NCBI GenBank assembly: GCA_964611575.1 | Contig: CAZTAJ010000004.1 | Coordinates: 8,287 to 72,286 of the forward strand | Direction: 5' to 3' | DNA: 64,000 nt | DNA from: an uncultured Verrucomicrobiota bacterium | GTDB taxonomy: Bacteria; Verrucomicrobiota; Kiritimatiellia; CAIKKV01; CAITUY01 | Shown: positions 47,998-56,849 of the stretch, one piece after another | How positions within the stretch are numbered: position 1 is the stretch's first letter | Layout: each line of letters begins with the position of its first letter | Made by a program: the position numbers and the translations under genes | The notes under the pieces: model-generated | What the model was told of the DNA's origin: nothing | The model's input: only the letters and a program-made list of their open reading frames with translations | Databases searched by the model: none

Positions 47998-49164
47998 TCA
48001 TGCCCCCCTGATGCTTTCCAATGTTCCGTCCTCAATAGTCGCGCCTGCGGCGTCCGCCACTGTGGCCACCCCGACTGCATGTTCGGCGTGACCATAGGGC
48101 GTCACCAACTTGCATTCCACAACGACCCGCGGCTGGTCCGGCGGCTCGTTCCGCATCAGCCGGATCAGCAAATCCGCCATTCCCAACGCCTCCGCCTCGG
48201 AATCGGACTCGATGCGGGCCACGGGGAACGGAGCGCTGACCGCCGCCCCACGCGACGCATGCGCAACCACATGCAGGTCTTCCGGCACCCGAATGCGCAT
48301 GTTGAGCAAGGCCAGGCAAGCGTCCTGGAAAAGGACCTCATCGGTGACCACAAGCCCATCCGGCTTGTCGGCGCGCGCGCGCCATAGATCGCGAAATACC
48401 TCCCAGCCCCCGCCTTCCTGCGTGGCGCGAAGTTCCGTCCGGCACCACGCGGGGAAGAACGGCAATCCCTCCGCCTGAAGTTCGGCCTCCAGAATGCCTG
48501 CCAAAGGCGGTTGCCCCGCAGGCCGCGTGCGTTCGCTATCCGCACCGATCAGGGCAATGCGGCGGCATCCAATCTCATGCAGGTGCTGGACACCCATGCG
48601 GACCACGCTGCGCTGCCCGCCGGGGTCGACTCCATACGCATAGGAGACACCACCCACCACCGGCACGTGCTGCTCCATAAGCGGTTTCATCCAGGCGGAA
48701 TCGGGCGGTGTAGCCGCCGCGAGGACGCCGCACAGGCGGCCCTCCGCCACGTCCGACAGGAATTCCGGAGGCGCGGTCCGCTGGTCTGCGCTCTGGTTGC
48801 GCCCGAGATACACGCGGCAGCGATAGCCCTGGCTCCACAGTCGTTCCTGGAACGTCTGGATCATGCGCATCCAATGCCGGGGTGGACGGGCGGGAGCAAG
48901 ATCCAACGTGGTCAGAATGCCGACCCATTGTCGCCTGCTGCGGTCCAGCACATACACCCCGCTGCCCTGCTTACGTTCCAGCCATCCCTCGTGACAGAGA
49001 ATCGAGACCGCCTCCCGCAACGTGATGAGGCTCACGCCGAATCGCTTGCTGAGACTCGCCTCGGGCGGCAGGCAATCGCCAACTTTGCAGCATCCGGCGA
49101 TTTCCCGTCGAATACTCTCAAGAACCAGCTCACGGAGCGGCTGACGCGGTTTCTTCTTGCTCAT
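47998..49164 (-). CDS. GntR-type HTH regulator fused to a LacI/PBP1-like sugar-binding domain
   Basis: 'LPPEASLSKRFGVSLITLREAVSILCHEGWLERKQGSGVYV' is the GntR winged HTH. The C-terminal ~300 aa resemble a LacI-type ligand domain. Its stop is 3 nt from the next gene's start. Confidence 0.75.
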   Translation of the reverse strand: MSKKKPRQPLRELVLESIRREIAGCCKVGDCLPPEASLSKRFGVSLITLREAVSILCHEGWLERKQGSGVYVLDRSRRQWVGILTTLDLAPARPPRHWMRMIQTFQERLWSQGYRCRVYLGRNQSADQRTAPPEFLSDVAEGRLCGVLAAATPPDSAWMKPLMEQHVPVVGGVSYAYGVDPGGQRSVVRMGVQHLHEIGCRRIALIGADSERTRPAGQPPLAGILEAELQAEGLPFFPAWCRTELRATQEGGGWEVFRDLWRARADKPDGLVVTDEVLFQDACLALLNMRIRVPEDLHVVAHASRGAAVSAPFPVARIESDSEAEALGMADLLIRLMRNEPPDQPRVVVECKLVTPYGHAEHAVGVATVADAAGATIEDGTLESIRGA

Positions 49165-49298
49165 GTCATATATATGTTATGCAGCTATTGAGAAGTATCA
49201 ACAGCTCTTATGTCGGATCAGCATATCATAGGACTGACTATTTTCATTGCACAAAGGCACTCTTAAGTGCGTATGCTCCACCATTCCTAATCCGTACC

Positions 49299-49308
49299 AT
49301 GATATCAT
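49299..49308. promoter_or_regulatory. perfect 10-bp palindrome ATGATATCAT in an AT-rich intergenic region (candidate operator)
   Basis: Read directly. A related ATATCATAG lies at 49223-49231. It sits upstream of the GntR-type regulator gene. Confidence 0.3.
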
Positions 49309-49342
49309 AGTCACCTGTTAACCTAATCCACAGCCCTCCGGG

Positions 49343-52300
49343 TCACTTGTTACCCGCCACGAAGTACCGGACCTGGTGGCGACCGATCTTCACCGTTAAC
49401 CTGCCGTCTTCACACGGAATCCGTTCGCCGCTCTCCAGATCCTGCACGTCAGCAATGTTGCACGACAAGATCTTTTGCCCTTCGATCGAGAAAGTCGTCT
49501 CAACGTCCTTCTCGTCGCCGTTCAGGAGTATCAGCACGGCCCGCTTTCCCTGGGGATGGACGTAGCCCCCGAGCAGCATCTTCTCCGGCAGCGGGGAGTG
49601 CCAGCCGCCGTCTTCCCAGCAGGGGACCAGTCGCGCGCCGTCGAAGAAGCCGACCTCTGTTTGCAGACGGTCCAGCATCTGCTGAACGTCCTTTTTCAGC
49701 GAGAAGTAGGTGATGCGCATCCCCCGGTCGAAAAGAAGACAATACCCCAGCACCAGTCGCTCCGCGGTGCGGTTGTATGTCCTGTCGCTCTCATACGGCG
49801 GGAAGTTGGGAGAAATCACCACGGGCGATTCGGGGCGCACGGTCAACGCCTGGAAGGCGTCCGGGGTGAATCCCGTGTCGATGTAGTCATGATTGGGGTT
49901 GGCGGTGTAGCTTCTGCCTTCAATGGCATACCCCATCTGAGTGAAAGACGGTTGCGGCTCGGAGACATTCATGCAATTGAACGGCGGCCGCCCGCACAGC
50001 CAGAGGGCCGTGGAGATGCGACGGAGCAGATCCCGCCGCCGGAAGACACCGGCCAACCCCTGAAGCGTGCCGTCATCGCGGCGGTAGGCGTCACCGGTCG
50101 CGTCGGTATCCACGGGGAAACGGATGAAATGCTCGAAATTGTCGTTGTAGGTTCCGTTGAAGCCCGACTTTTCGGCCGCCTGTGTGATATGCCAGATGAA
50201 GAAGTCCCGGTAACTCTCTCCACCCGTGGACCAGAATTGCCCCAGCTTGTCGTCGATGTCCCAAATACGGGTGCCGCCCAGGTTCTTCTTCCCCTTCTTC
50301 TGCAGGCCATACATCGTTGCCGAGTCCTTCAGCACGGCATCGTTGTCCCCCACCCCCAGTCCCCATTCGCCACGAAACGTCGGGAATTCGCGGCAGCCGG
50401 TGCCGACACAGGAGATGGACCCGTACAGCTTCACCGGCCGGTCCTCACGCGCCGGCAGGGCCCAACGCATCGGGTAGTCGCTGGGTTCGCCGTTCTTGCA
50501 GATGCCCCGGTCCCTTGGCCCCAGCTTCATGTCGTGCAAGGCGTAGCGGAGTCCCTCATAGTCCTCATCGGTATACAACGTGAAGGTCGGCCAGCCGGTG
50601 CCAATGACGTAGTTACCGGTCCAGTGGTTCGCGCAAAGCCCATTGGAGGTCATCATCCCCTTCCCCGTGGTGGCATCGGATTCCCACTGCAAGGCCCGAT
50701 GGTTAGCAAACCGGGGCTTGGTGGGAGAGGCGAGTACGGCAAACACGATCTCGCGTGGGCTCCTGATTTCGGCAGGGGTGTTGACCAGACGCAGGCGCAA
50801 CAGCAGCTTGCCGCCGTCGTCGCGCTCCAGTCGGACCAGACTTTCCTTGTCGCTGGTCACCCACCCCTTATCGCTCTCGGCGTACCACCATAGGCCGCGC
50901 GAGTAGTTGCCGATATACGCAGCGGGGATGAACGAGTTCCGGCAGTTGGCGACCATCGGCAGCGACGTGCTCTCCCACAGGATCCCCGAACCTTTCGGTA
51001 TCGTAGCCTGCTTGTAGATCTCGCCCCTTTCAAACCTCATGAGATTGGCTGCCGAATCGAAGGGAATGACCAGGTCCAGGCTGTTCACCTTCGCCCCGGA
51101 TGACGGCGGCGTGAGCCTGAGTTTGACCCGGTACCAGCCATCGTACTCCATGGTCCCGGCGATCTCACACGTGAGATCCCCGATCGTTCCTTCCGCCGAA
51201 ACCGTCGCGGCATAGCCGTCGGTGTCCTCCAGTCTGGCTTTTGGACAGGACCCCTGGAACTGGTAGCGCTCGAATTCCGCAGGAACTTTCTGCCCCTTCA
51301 CTCGAACCACTTGTGTGCGGGTGACTGGCGTCAGGACCTTCTTCTCCCCCTTGATGTCGGCAATCAGGGTCATCGGGCCCGCCAGGATCTCCCGACCCTC
51401 GGCCTTGATTGAAACCGGCAGCCCGTTTTCCCCGAGATCGTACTCCCGCCCCCACACGCCGATCCTGGTCCCGTCAGTGGTGACCGGTATCCAGGGGGGA
51501 ATGATCACCTTCTCCTTGCCGATCGTGTTGTGCTCCCATGGGAAACGGTCACGGACAATCTCCCGCTTCTCGACATCGACCGTCTCATCGCCATTCTGCA
51601 GTTCGATCACCAGCGTGTAACGGCCGGCCGGCAGAGGCTGCGTCAGTTCGGCCAGAACGCGTCCTTTCTGTTCGGACAGATCGGCCGCGGCCTGTCCATA
51701 CACGGTGCCGTCTTTGTCCACCAGGCGCACGCACATGCTTTTGGCCGCGATGATCTTGTCCGCCTTCTGCGGATCATCGGACAGTGCTCGATCGATACGT
51801 GTATCCACCCAGGTTTCCAGTTTGTTGTAGTAAGGATAGAACGCATGGCGATAGGTGGCGTGGGCCGGGAAAGCGATCTTGCGGGATGACCGCCAAAGCT
51901 CCATCTTTTTGTTGAAATCGCTCCGCGCATACCCCTTGAAGGGGAGACTGACCGAATAGAGTTCATACGGGGCACCGGGCCTGTTCTCATACACCCGAAG
52001 GGCCAGGAGATTGTCTTCCCGCGGTTTGAAAGCCGCCCGTCCGGCATCAAACTCAAACCCCTCGCCCGGCAACAGGATCTTCTTCAGGGTGTTGGTCAGG
52101 AGTTCTGTCCCGCCTGAGGTGACCGTCAGGTCGACGCAGTACTCCTGTTTGCCGTTGTGTCCCTTGTTGAACACGGTGCTCTTGTAATGCAGGTTGCCGA
52201 TATTGACGTTGCCCAGCCACCCCCCGAGATAGACGGGGGCCGTGGCCTCGAAGAGGACCTCCCCGAAGCGGTCCCACTCGGTCAGCCCGGCCGGCGCCCA

Positions 52301-52981
52301 GGAGATATACGAAAACCCGTCACGCCCCCCCGCGGAACAACGGGCAAGCTGCAGGAGCATCCGCTTCCCTTCCAGCGAGGGGGTGTCTATCTGTTTCAGC
52401 GGGATGCTGATCTCCGTGATCCACCGGATTGAATCGGCCCAGTAGTTCATGAAGGAACACTTGACCTCGGCCCCGCTCGACCAGTCCAGACGGTCCTGAC
52501 CGGGCTCGGCGTTGCGGATGATGTCGTACAGCGCTCCTTTCGGGTTCACCGCCAGCATGAAGTACTTCTGCGTTCCCGCCCGCTCCCTGGGGTTGAAACT
52601 GAACTGGATCACCACATGGTCATCCTTCAAAATCGCCGGATCGTCATTGGCGACGGCCGTGGCAATGAACGCCGCGCTTTTCGGCTGGATGCAGACGGCC
52701 ATGAAATAGAGGCGCTGATCGTCATAGTTGATCCGCCAGCGGACATCCAGTCCGCTGGATTCGCTCACCAGGCCGGCGGGGGCGTTGACCATGCCGACCA
52801 GGCCGCAGGCCCCCTTCCATTCCGGATCGGAGACAGACGCATCCATCCGGTAGACCTTTTCGTGGAGACGATCCCGGGTGACCCTCAGGAACGGAGGCTG
52901 CCCCGGCGCAGAAGCCGCAGTCACAACGCAACCGATGGTGGATATGACAGCGGTCAGCCAGGAACAAATGCCTCGATGCAT
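49343..52981 (-). CDS. large secreted CBM9/DOMON-like domain protein, putative glycoside hydrolase (DUF6067/GH123-like architecture suspected)
   Basis: The true start is the ATG at 52981 (TGATG overlap with the upstream stop), giving 1212 aa. It has a signal anchor 'ICSWLTAVISTIGCVVTAASA'. 'VSDPEWKGACGL...DVRWRINYDDQRLYFMAVC' is CBM9-like. The track's further 200-aa N-terminal extension is a high-GC artefact. Confidence 0.55.
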   Translation of the reverse strand: MHRGICSWLTAVISTIGCVVTAASAPGQPPFLRVTRDRLHEKVYRMDASVSDPEWKGACGLVGMVNAPAGLVSESSGLDVRWRINYDDQRLYFMAVCIQPKSAAFIATAVANDDPAILKDDHVVIQFSFNPRERAGTQKYFMLAVNPKGALYDIIRNAEPGQDRLDWSSGAEVKCSFMNYWADSIRWITEISIPLKQIDTPSLEGKRMLLQLARCSAGGRDGFSYISWAPAGLTEWDRFGEVLFEATAPVYLGGWLGNVNIGNLHYKSTVFNKGHNGKQEYCVDLTVTSGGTELLTNTLKKILLPGEGFEFDAGRAAFKPREDNLLALRVYENRPGAPYELYSVSLPFKGYARSDFNKKMELWRSSRKIAFPAHATYRHAFYPYYNKLETWVDTRIDRALSDDPQKADKIIAAKSMCVRLVDKDGTVYGQAAADLSEQKGRVLAELTQPLPAGRYTLVIELQNGDETVDVEKREIVRDRFPWEHNTIGKEKVIIPPWIPVTTDGTRIGVWGREYDLGENGLPVSIKAEGREILAGPMTLIADIKGEKKVLTPVTRTQVVRVKGQKVPAEFERYQFQGSCPKARLEDTDGYAATVSAEGTIGDLTCEIAGTMEYDGWYRVKLRLTPPSSGAKVNSLDLVIPFDSAANLMRFERGEIYKQATIPKGSGILWESTSLPMVANCRNSFIPAAYIGNYSRGLWWYAESDKGWVTSDKESLVRLERDDGGKLLLRLRLVNTPAEIRSPREIVFAVLASPTKPRFANHRALQWESDATTGKGMMTSNGLCANHWTGNYVIGTGWPTFTLYTDEDYEGLRYALHDMKLGPRDRGICKNGEPSDYPMRWALPAREDRPVKLYGSISCVGTGCREFPTFRGEWGLGVGDNDAVLKDSATMYGLQKKGKKNLGGTRIWDIDDKLGQFWSTGGESYRDFFIWHITQAAEKSGFNGTYNDNFEHFIRFPVDTDATGDAYRRDDGTLQGLAGVFRRRDLLRRISTALWLCGRPPFNCMNVSEPQPSFTQMGYAIEGRSYTANPNHDYIDTGFTPDAFQALTVRPESPVVISPNFPPYESDRTYNRTAERLVLGYCLLFDRGMRITYFSLKKDVQQMLDRLQTEVGFFDGARLVPCWEDGGWHSPLPEKMLLGGYVHPQGKRAVLILLNGDEKDVETTFSIEGQKILSCNIADVQDLESGERIPCEDGRLTVKIGRHQVRYFVAGNK

Positions 52982-55900
52982 CACCGGCCCTGCTCCTTCG
53001 GCATCGGTTCGACGGCTTTCGCTCCACTCACCGCGTAGGGGGCGCCGTCCTGCGGGCGACCCAGCGGCCAGGCTTTCTGGATGAAGACGTACGCCTCCAT
53101 GCGGCTCGGAGGGAGCCGCAGATTCAAGGTCACCCCGTTGGGACCGGTCACCTCGCGGACGCCCAGATTCGGGTCCCTGCCACCCTGGCCCTTGGCCCCG
53201 GCAAGGGTGAACCGGGTGAGATGCTGAATCTCCCACTCGCCGTCCAGGTTGTAGCCGAGCCCGCGCCAGTCGGGCGCCAGGATGGCCGACAGGTCCTTCT
53301 CGCCCCAGTTGGCGACGTAGAAGATCAGGCGCCGGGCCGAGCGCCAGGCCGTGATCTGGAGAGCGGGGTCCGTGTGCCGGAACCATCGCGAGGTCCGCCA
53401 CGGCGGGATCACCTCCCACTCCACGGCCGGATCCATGGTGCGCGTCATCGCCGGGGGAAACGTGCTGAAAGGCTCGTCGGTGAAGACCCCGCCGGGAATG
53501 GTCCCGCCCACACTCGTGATACCCCACATCGCCAACTCGGCCTGGTTGGTCTCGAACCGGTCGTCCTTGTCCGGCACCGCCGCGTGCCACATGTTGTTAA
53601 GCTGGAATACCGGCATGCCCCAGGCCAGCGAGTGGTATAGCATCATCTTTTCGCCGAGATAGCGGATGACCGGCGCGGGGCCCTTCTCCGGGATCGGGCA
53701 GGGAATGTGCTCGCCCTCGATGCGTTCCTCGACAAAGGGGAAGAGGTGAATCCACTGGTGCGGAGCCGATGTGTGGAAGGTGTTACAGGACGGCCGCCCG
53801 AGTTCCCAGGGCACCAGCGCGCAGCGTTTGAAGAACTCCCGCAGCGCAAAGAGGCCGAACCCCGGCTGCACCCGGCCGTCGTCCATGACGTAGCCCATGC
53901 CCGCGTCCACGTCATCCCCGAACGGCGCCGCCACGCAGTCGAAGTAATAGGCGTCAATCCCATAGGGAATGCTGAGCCATTTGGACATGTGGAAGGCGGT
54001 GAACCGGCGGTACGATTCGGGGAAGATGGCCGTTTCCCAGTCGGGGTAGCCGAAGGGAATCTCGGCCTTGGAGCCGGTCTCGATGTGGATCGCGCAGTGG
54101 TCGTTCAGCGAGCCGCGCGCCAGATCGACGCCGTACGGCGGCTTGCCGCCATGCACGTAAGGCGTGGAGGCGAACTGGGACCACTTGTCGTAATCGACGC
54201 AATCCACCGTGCGCGGCGCATTCTCGGTCGCGCCGCGGCCCGACTTGACCACGTTGACCATGGTCCACTGGCGCTGCCGGTACTCCGGCCGGCTGCCCTT
54301 GCCCGGCGGCGGGAAAGGCCGGCCCGGCGTGGCCTCGAGCGCAAAGACCACCGTGCGGTCCGATCCCAACTGGAACGGCTCGCCCACAAGGTTCAGCACA
54401 AAGGCGCGCGTCGTCCGATCCTCCGACCCGACCACCTGCACCGCCGGAACCTTGCCCGAAGGCACCCACCCCTTGTCGTTGTCGCCAAAGAACAGCACGC
54501 CGTTCTCCAGCGTGCCGACCCATACCGACGGCACAAAGCTGCCGACCGTCATAGGCAGTTGCGTCTCTGGTTCGCTGCTGGCCCACTGCACGCCCGAGCG
54601 GTCCGCGAGCCTTCGCGCGACATGCGTGGAGGTGATCTTCGGCAGCGTGATCCAGGGCACGGCGTCCCAGGCATAGGGAATCACCAGCCGCAGGGAGTCC
54701 ATGGCAACGGGCTTGTCCTTGGCGGCCGGGCCGTAGGTGATGGCGAGTTTCAGCATGCCGTCGCACTCGAACCAGGTGTCCACTGCGAAACGGACGCCGC
54801 CCATCTCGAAGGTCCCCTGCCCCTGCACTCGGACCTCGTTCTGCTCGCGCACGGCGAACCCGCCGCCGCCCGTGGTGTCCGACCGGCACGCCTGGCCGTT
54901 GAGGGTACCCTCGATCCGCACCGGGCCCGTCAGCACGCCGGTCTGCGTCCAGCCGCCCCATACGCGCGGAAGCCGCGACGGGTCGGTGTTCTGGACGATC
55001 TGCGCCGGGAGCCCGTTCGCGCCCATGCGGTACTCGCGGTTCCAGCACGCCAGGGTGCTGGTGGTCCGATCGTAGCGGCAGGGCGTGAACCAGGGCAGCC
55101 GCTGGTCCGACGTGCCCGCCAGGCAGGTCTCCCACGGGTAGTCCTTGACCTCGCAGGTATAGGTGTCCTGGGCAATGGGCTGGCCCGACTTGTCGGTGAT
55201 CACGATATCGGCGGTGTAGGCCCCCGCCTTGAGGACGATGTTGGAAGCCGCGGAGGTGAAGTAGTCGTCAAACGCCGGTGTCTGGAGGGCCAGGACCGTC
55301 CGGCCCGCGGCGTCCTTCAACGCCATGCGCGCGCCCGTCGCCTCGCCGCGCCGCGGCAAGGTGAAACTATCCACGTCCAGCCGGAGTTTGCCCTGCGTCT
55401 TGTAGTAGCGCACATCGTAGGCAAACGCCCGGGGCGCCGCCGTGTATTTCAGCTCGTCGGTATTCCAGAGCGGCTGCACATCCAGCCTGCGCCGGTAATA
55501 CACGTCCTTGCCGGCGGTGTCGGACACCATGATCTCCACAACATAGGGATCGTAGACCTTGCGCGCCTCAGCCTTGCCGCCGGTCTTCTCCGCCTGGACC
55601 TGAGCCTCCTTGTCCACCTCCATCCGGAAGGTTGGATCGTAGGGCAGGCTCTTGAAGGCGAAAGCCTGCGCCGGCGCAAGGGACACCTTCTGGGCTAGGG
55701 ACTTGAGTACGGTGACTTCCGCGGGCTTCTTCGGGTCCGGCCGCGCCTCGCGCGTGACCAGCACACGCAGCAGGGCTTCCTGCGGCTTGGCGGTGAGGTT
55801 GACGATACTGAGCGGCAACTCGTTGCCGCCCTGCATGAGGCTGTCCACCGCCCCCATCTGTACCGCGACGGGCGAACCGTCCAGGCCGAGATCCAGCGTC

Positions 55901-56580
55901 TTCAGGAACGTGCGCTGCAGCGCCGCCTGGTTCCAGGGATGATGAAAGTTGCAGGCCATCATCAGCCCCCACACGTCGCCCGGCACGTAGCCTTTCTTCA
56001 GCATCGTGCGGATGTCCGTGGAGAACTCCAACTCCCATACGCCGTTTTGGAAAGTGCTGGCTGAGACGGTCTTGGGGCTCCAGTTGTTGAATACCTGGCC
56101 GATCAGCTTTGCCTCCAGGGCATCGGTGATCGCCCCCCGCACGTTGGCGATGAACAGGTACGGTCCGATTTCCTGGTCGCTGGCCGACTGCGTGGCCTTC
56201 GGCGGGACCAGACGCATTTCCAGCGAGTCCTCGACCACCGTGACCCGGTCGTGCTTGCGGGTCCGGTAAGTGGGGATCTCCCCGGCCCGCATCTTGACCC
56301 GCATCGCCGTGTAGACATTCGTGCCGTCAAAGCCGAACCAGAACACCGCCTGCCGCGGGCTGAGGGCGCTCTGCACGGAATGCAGGCCCGCGAGCCCGAT
56401 CGCCTCGCGCCATTCGTCCGCGCCGATCTTGCCGTCGATGACCGGAACCTGGGTCATGCGCGGCACCTTGATCTGCTGCGGCGTGTCGAGCATCGCCCGC
56501 AGCTCCGGGGTGAGTTCCTCCGCGAACCCGTTTAGTCCGCCCAATCCCAATACAACCGCCAAGACCAGTGCTTTGCGCAT
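52981..56580 (-). CDS. large secreted CBM9/DOMON-like domain protein, putative glycoside hydrolase; distant paralog of 49343..52981
   Basis: The ATG at 56580 gives 'MRKALVLAVVLGLGGLNGFA'. 'VPVIDGKIGADEWREAIGL...FWFGFDGTNVYTAMRV' is CBM9-like. The C-terminal region 'IDAYYFDCVAAPFGDDVDAGMGYVMDDGRVQPGFGLFALREFFKR' parallels 'YNDNFEHFIRFPVDTDATGDAYRRDDGTLQGLAGVFRRRDLLRR' in the neighbour. Confidence 0.55.
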   Translation of the reverse strand: MRKALVLAVVLGLGGLNGFAEELTPELRAMLDTPQQIKVPRMTQVPVIDGKIGADEWREAIGLAGLHSVQSALSPRQAVFWFGFDGTNVYTAMRVKMRAGEIPTYRTRKHDRVTVVEDSLEMRLVPPKATQSASDQEIGPYLFIANVRGAITDALEAKLIGQVFNNWSPKTVSASTFQNGVWELEFSTDIRTMLKKGYVPGDVWGLMMACNFHHPWNQAALQRTFLKTLDLGLDGSPVAVQMGAVDSLMQGGNELPLSIVNLTAKPQEALLRVLVTREARPDPKKPAEVTVLKSLAQKVSLAPAQAFAFKSLPYDPTFRMEVDKEAQVQAEKTGGKAEARKVYDPYVVEIMVSDTAGKDVYYRRRLDVQPLWNTDELKYTAAPRAFAYDVRYYKTQGKLRLDVDSFTLPRRGEATGARMALKDAAGRTVLALQTPAFDDYFTSAASNIVLKAGAYTADIVITDKSGQPIAQDTYTCEVKDYPWETCLAGTSDQRLPWFTPCRYDRTTSTLACWNREYRMGANGLPAQIVQNTDPSRLPRVWGGWTQTGVLTGPVRIEGTLNGQACRSDTTGGGGFAVREQNEVRVQGQGTFEMGGVRFAVDTWFECDGMLKLAITYGPAAKDKPVAMDSLRLVIPYAWDAVPWITLPKITSTHVARRLADRSGVQWASSEPETQLPMTVGSFVPSVWVGTLENGVLFFGDNDKGWVPSGKVPAVQVVGSEDRTTRAFVLNLVGEPFQLGSDRTVVFALEATPGRPFPPPGKGSRPEYRQRQWTMVNVVKSGRGATENAPRTVDCVDYDKWSQFASTPYVHGGKPPYGVDLARGSLNDHCAIHIETGSKAEIPFGYPDWETAIFPESYRRFTAFHMSKWLSIPYGIDAYYFDCVAAPFGDDVDAGMGYVMDDGRVQPGFGLFALREFFKRCALVPWELGRPSCNTFHTSAPHQWIHLFPFVEERIEGEHIPCPIPEKGPAPVIRYLGEKMMLYHSLAWGMPVFQLNNMWHAAVPDKDDRFETNQAELAMWGITSVGGTIPGGVFTDEPFSTFPPAMTRTMDPAVEWEVIPPWRTSRWFRHTDPALQITAWRSARRLIFYVANWGEKDLSAILAPDWRGLGYNLDGEWEIQHLTRFTLAGAKGQGGRDPNLGVREVTGPNGVTLNLRLPPSRMEAYVFIQKAWPLGRPQDGAPYAVSGAKAVEPMPKEQGR

Positions 56581-56849
56581 ATCGGTAGCCCCTCCGCCCG
56601 TGCCGTGAGCCGGTCGCCGGCACCCGGTGACCCGCGCGGCACCCGATGCGACTCCAGCTTCTCCCGGCACGTTTTGTTTGTGTGCTCTCTATAGAACATG
56701 AAGTCTAAAGTCAACTGGTATCTGGATCCAAACAATCGCTTGAAAGCATGAATGAACAATGATATGCAACTGTTGATTGATGGACAAAACCTGCAAGGAC
56801 AGCGCCGGAATCGTCATGGGTGATACGGCTCACAGAAGATGAGGAGTTT

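Noticed and set aside
51534-51543. The TCCCATGGGA/CCATGG-type palindromes recurring at 4023-4030, 4193-4201, 21343-21351 and 51534-51543, considered as a shared operator.
   Set aside because: CCCATGG-like strings also occur repeatedly inside coding regions (7030, 18862, 19405, 20641), where they encode Pro-Trp or His-Gly. The short core is therefore not specific. Only the longer 11-mers at 4005-4219 were kept as a finding.
52982-53590. A 200-aa N-terminal extension of the 49343..53590 ORF overlapping the upstream gene.
   Set aside because: The extension is Arg/Gly-rich junk that lies entirely inside the preceding CDS. The ATG at 52981 gives a proper signal anchor and a TGATG coupling junction.
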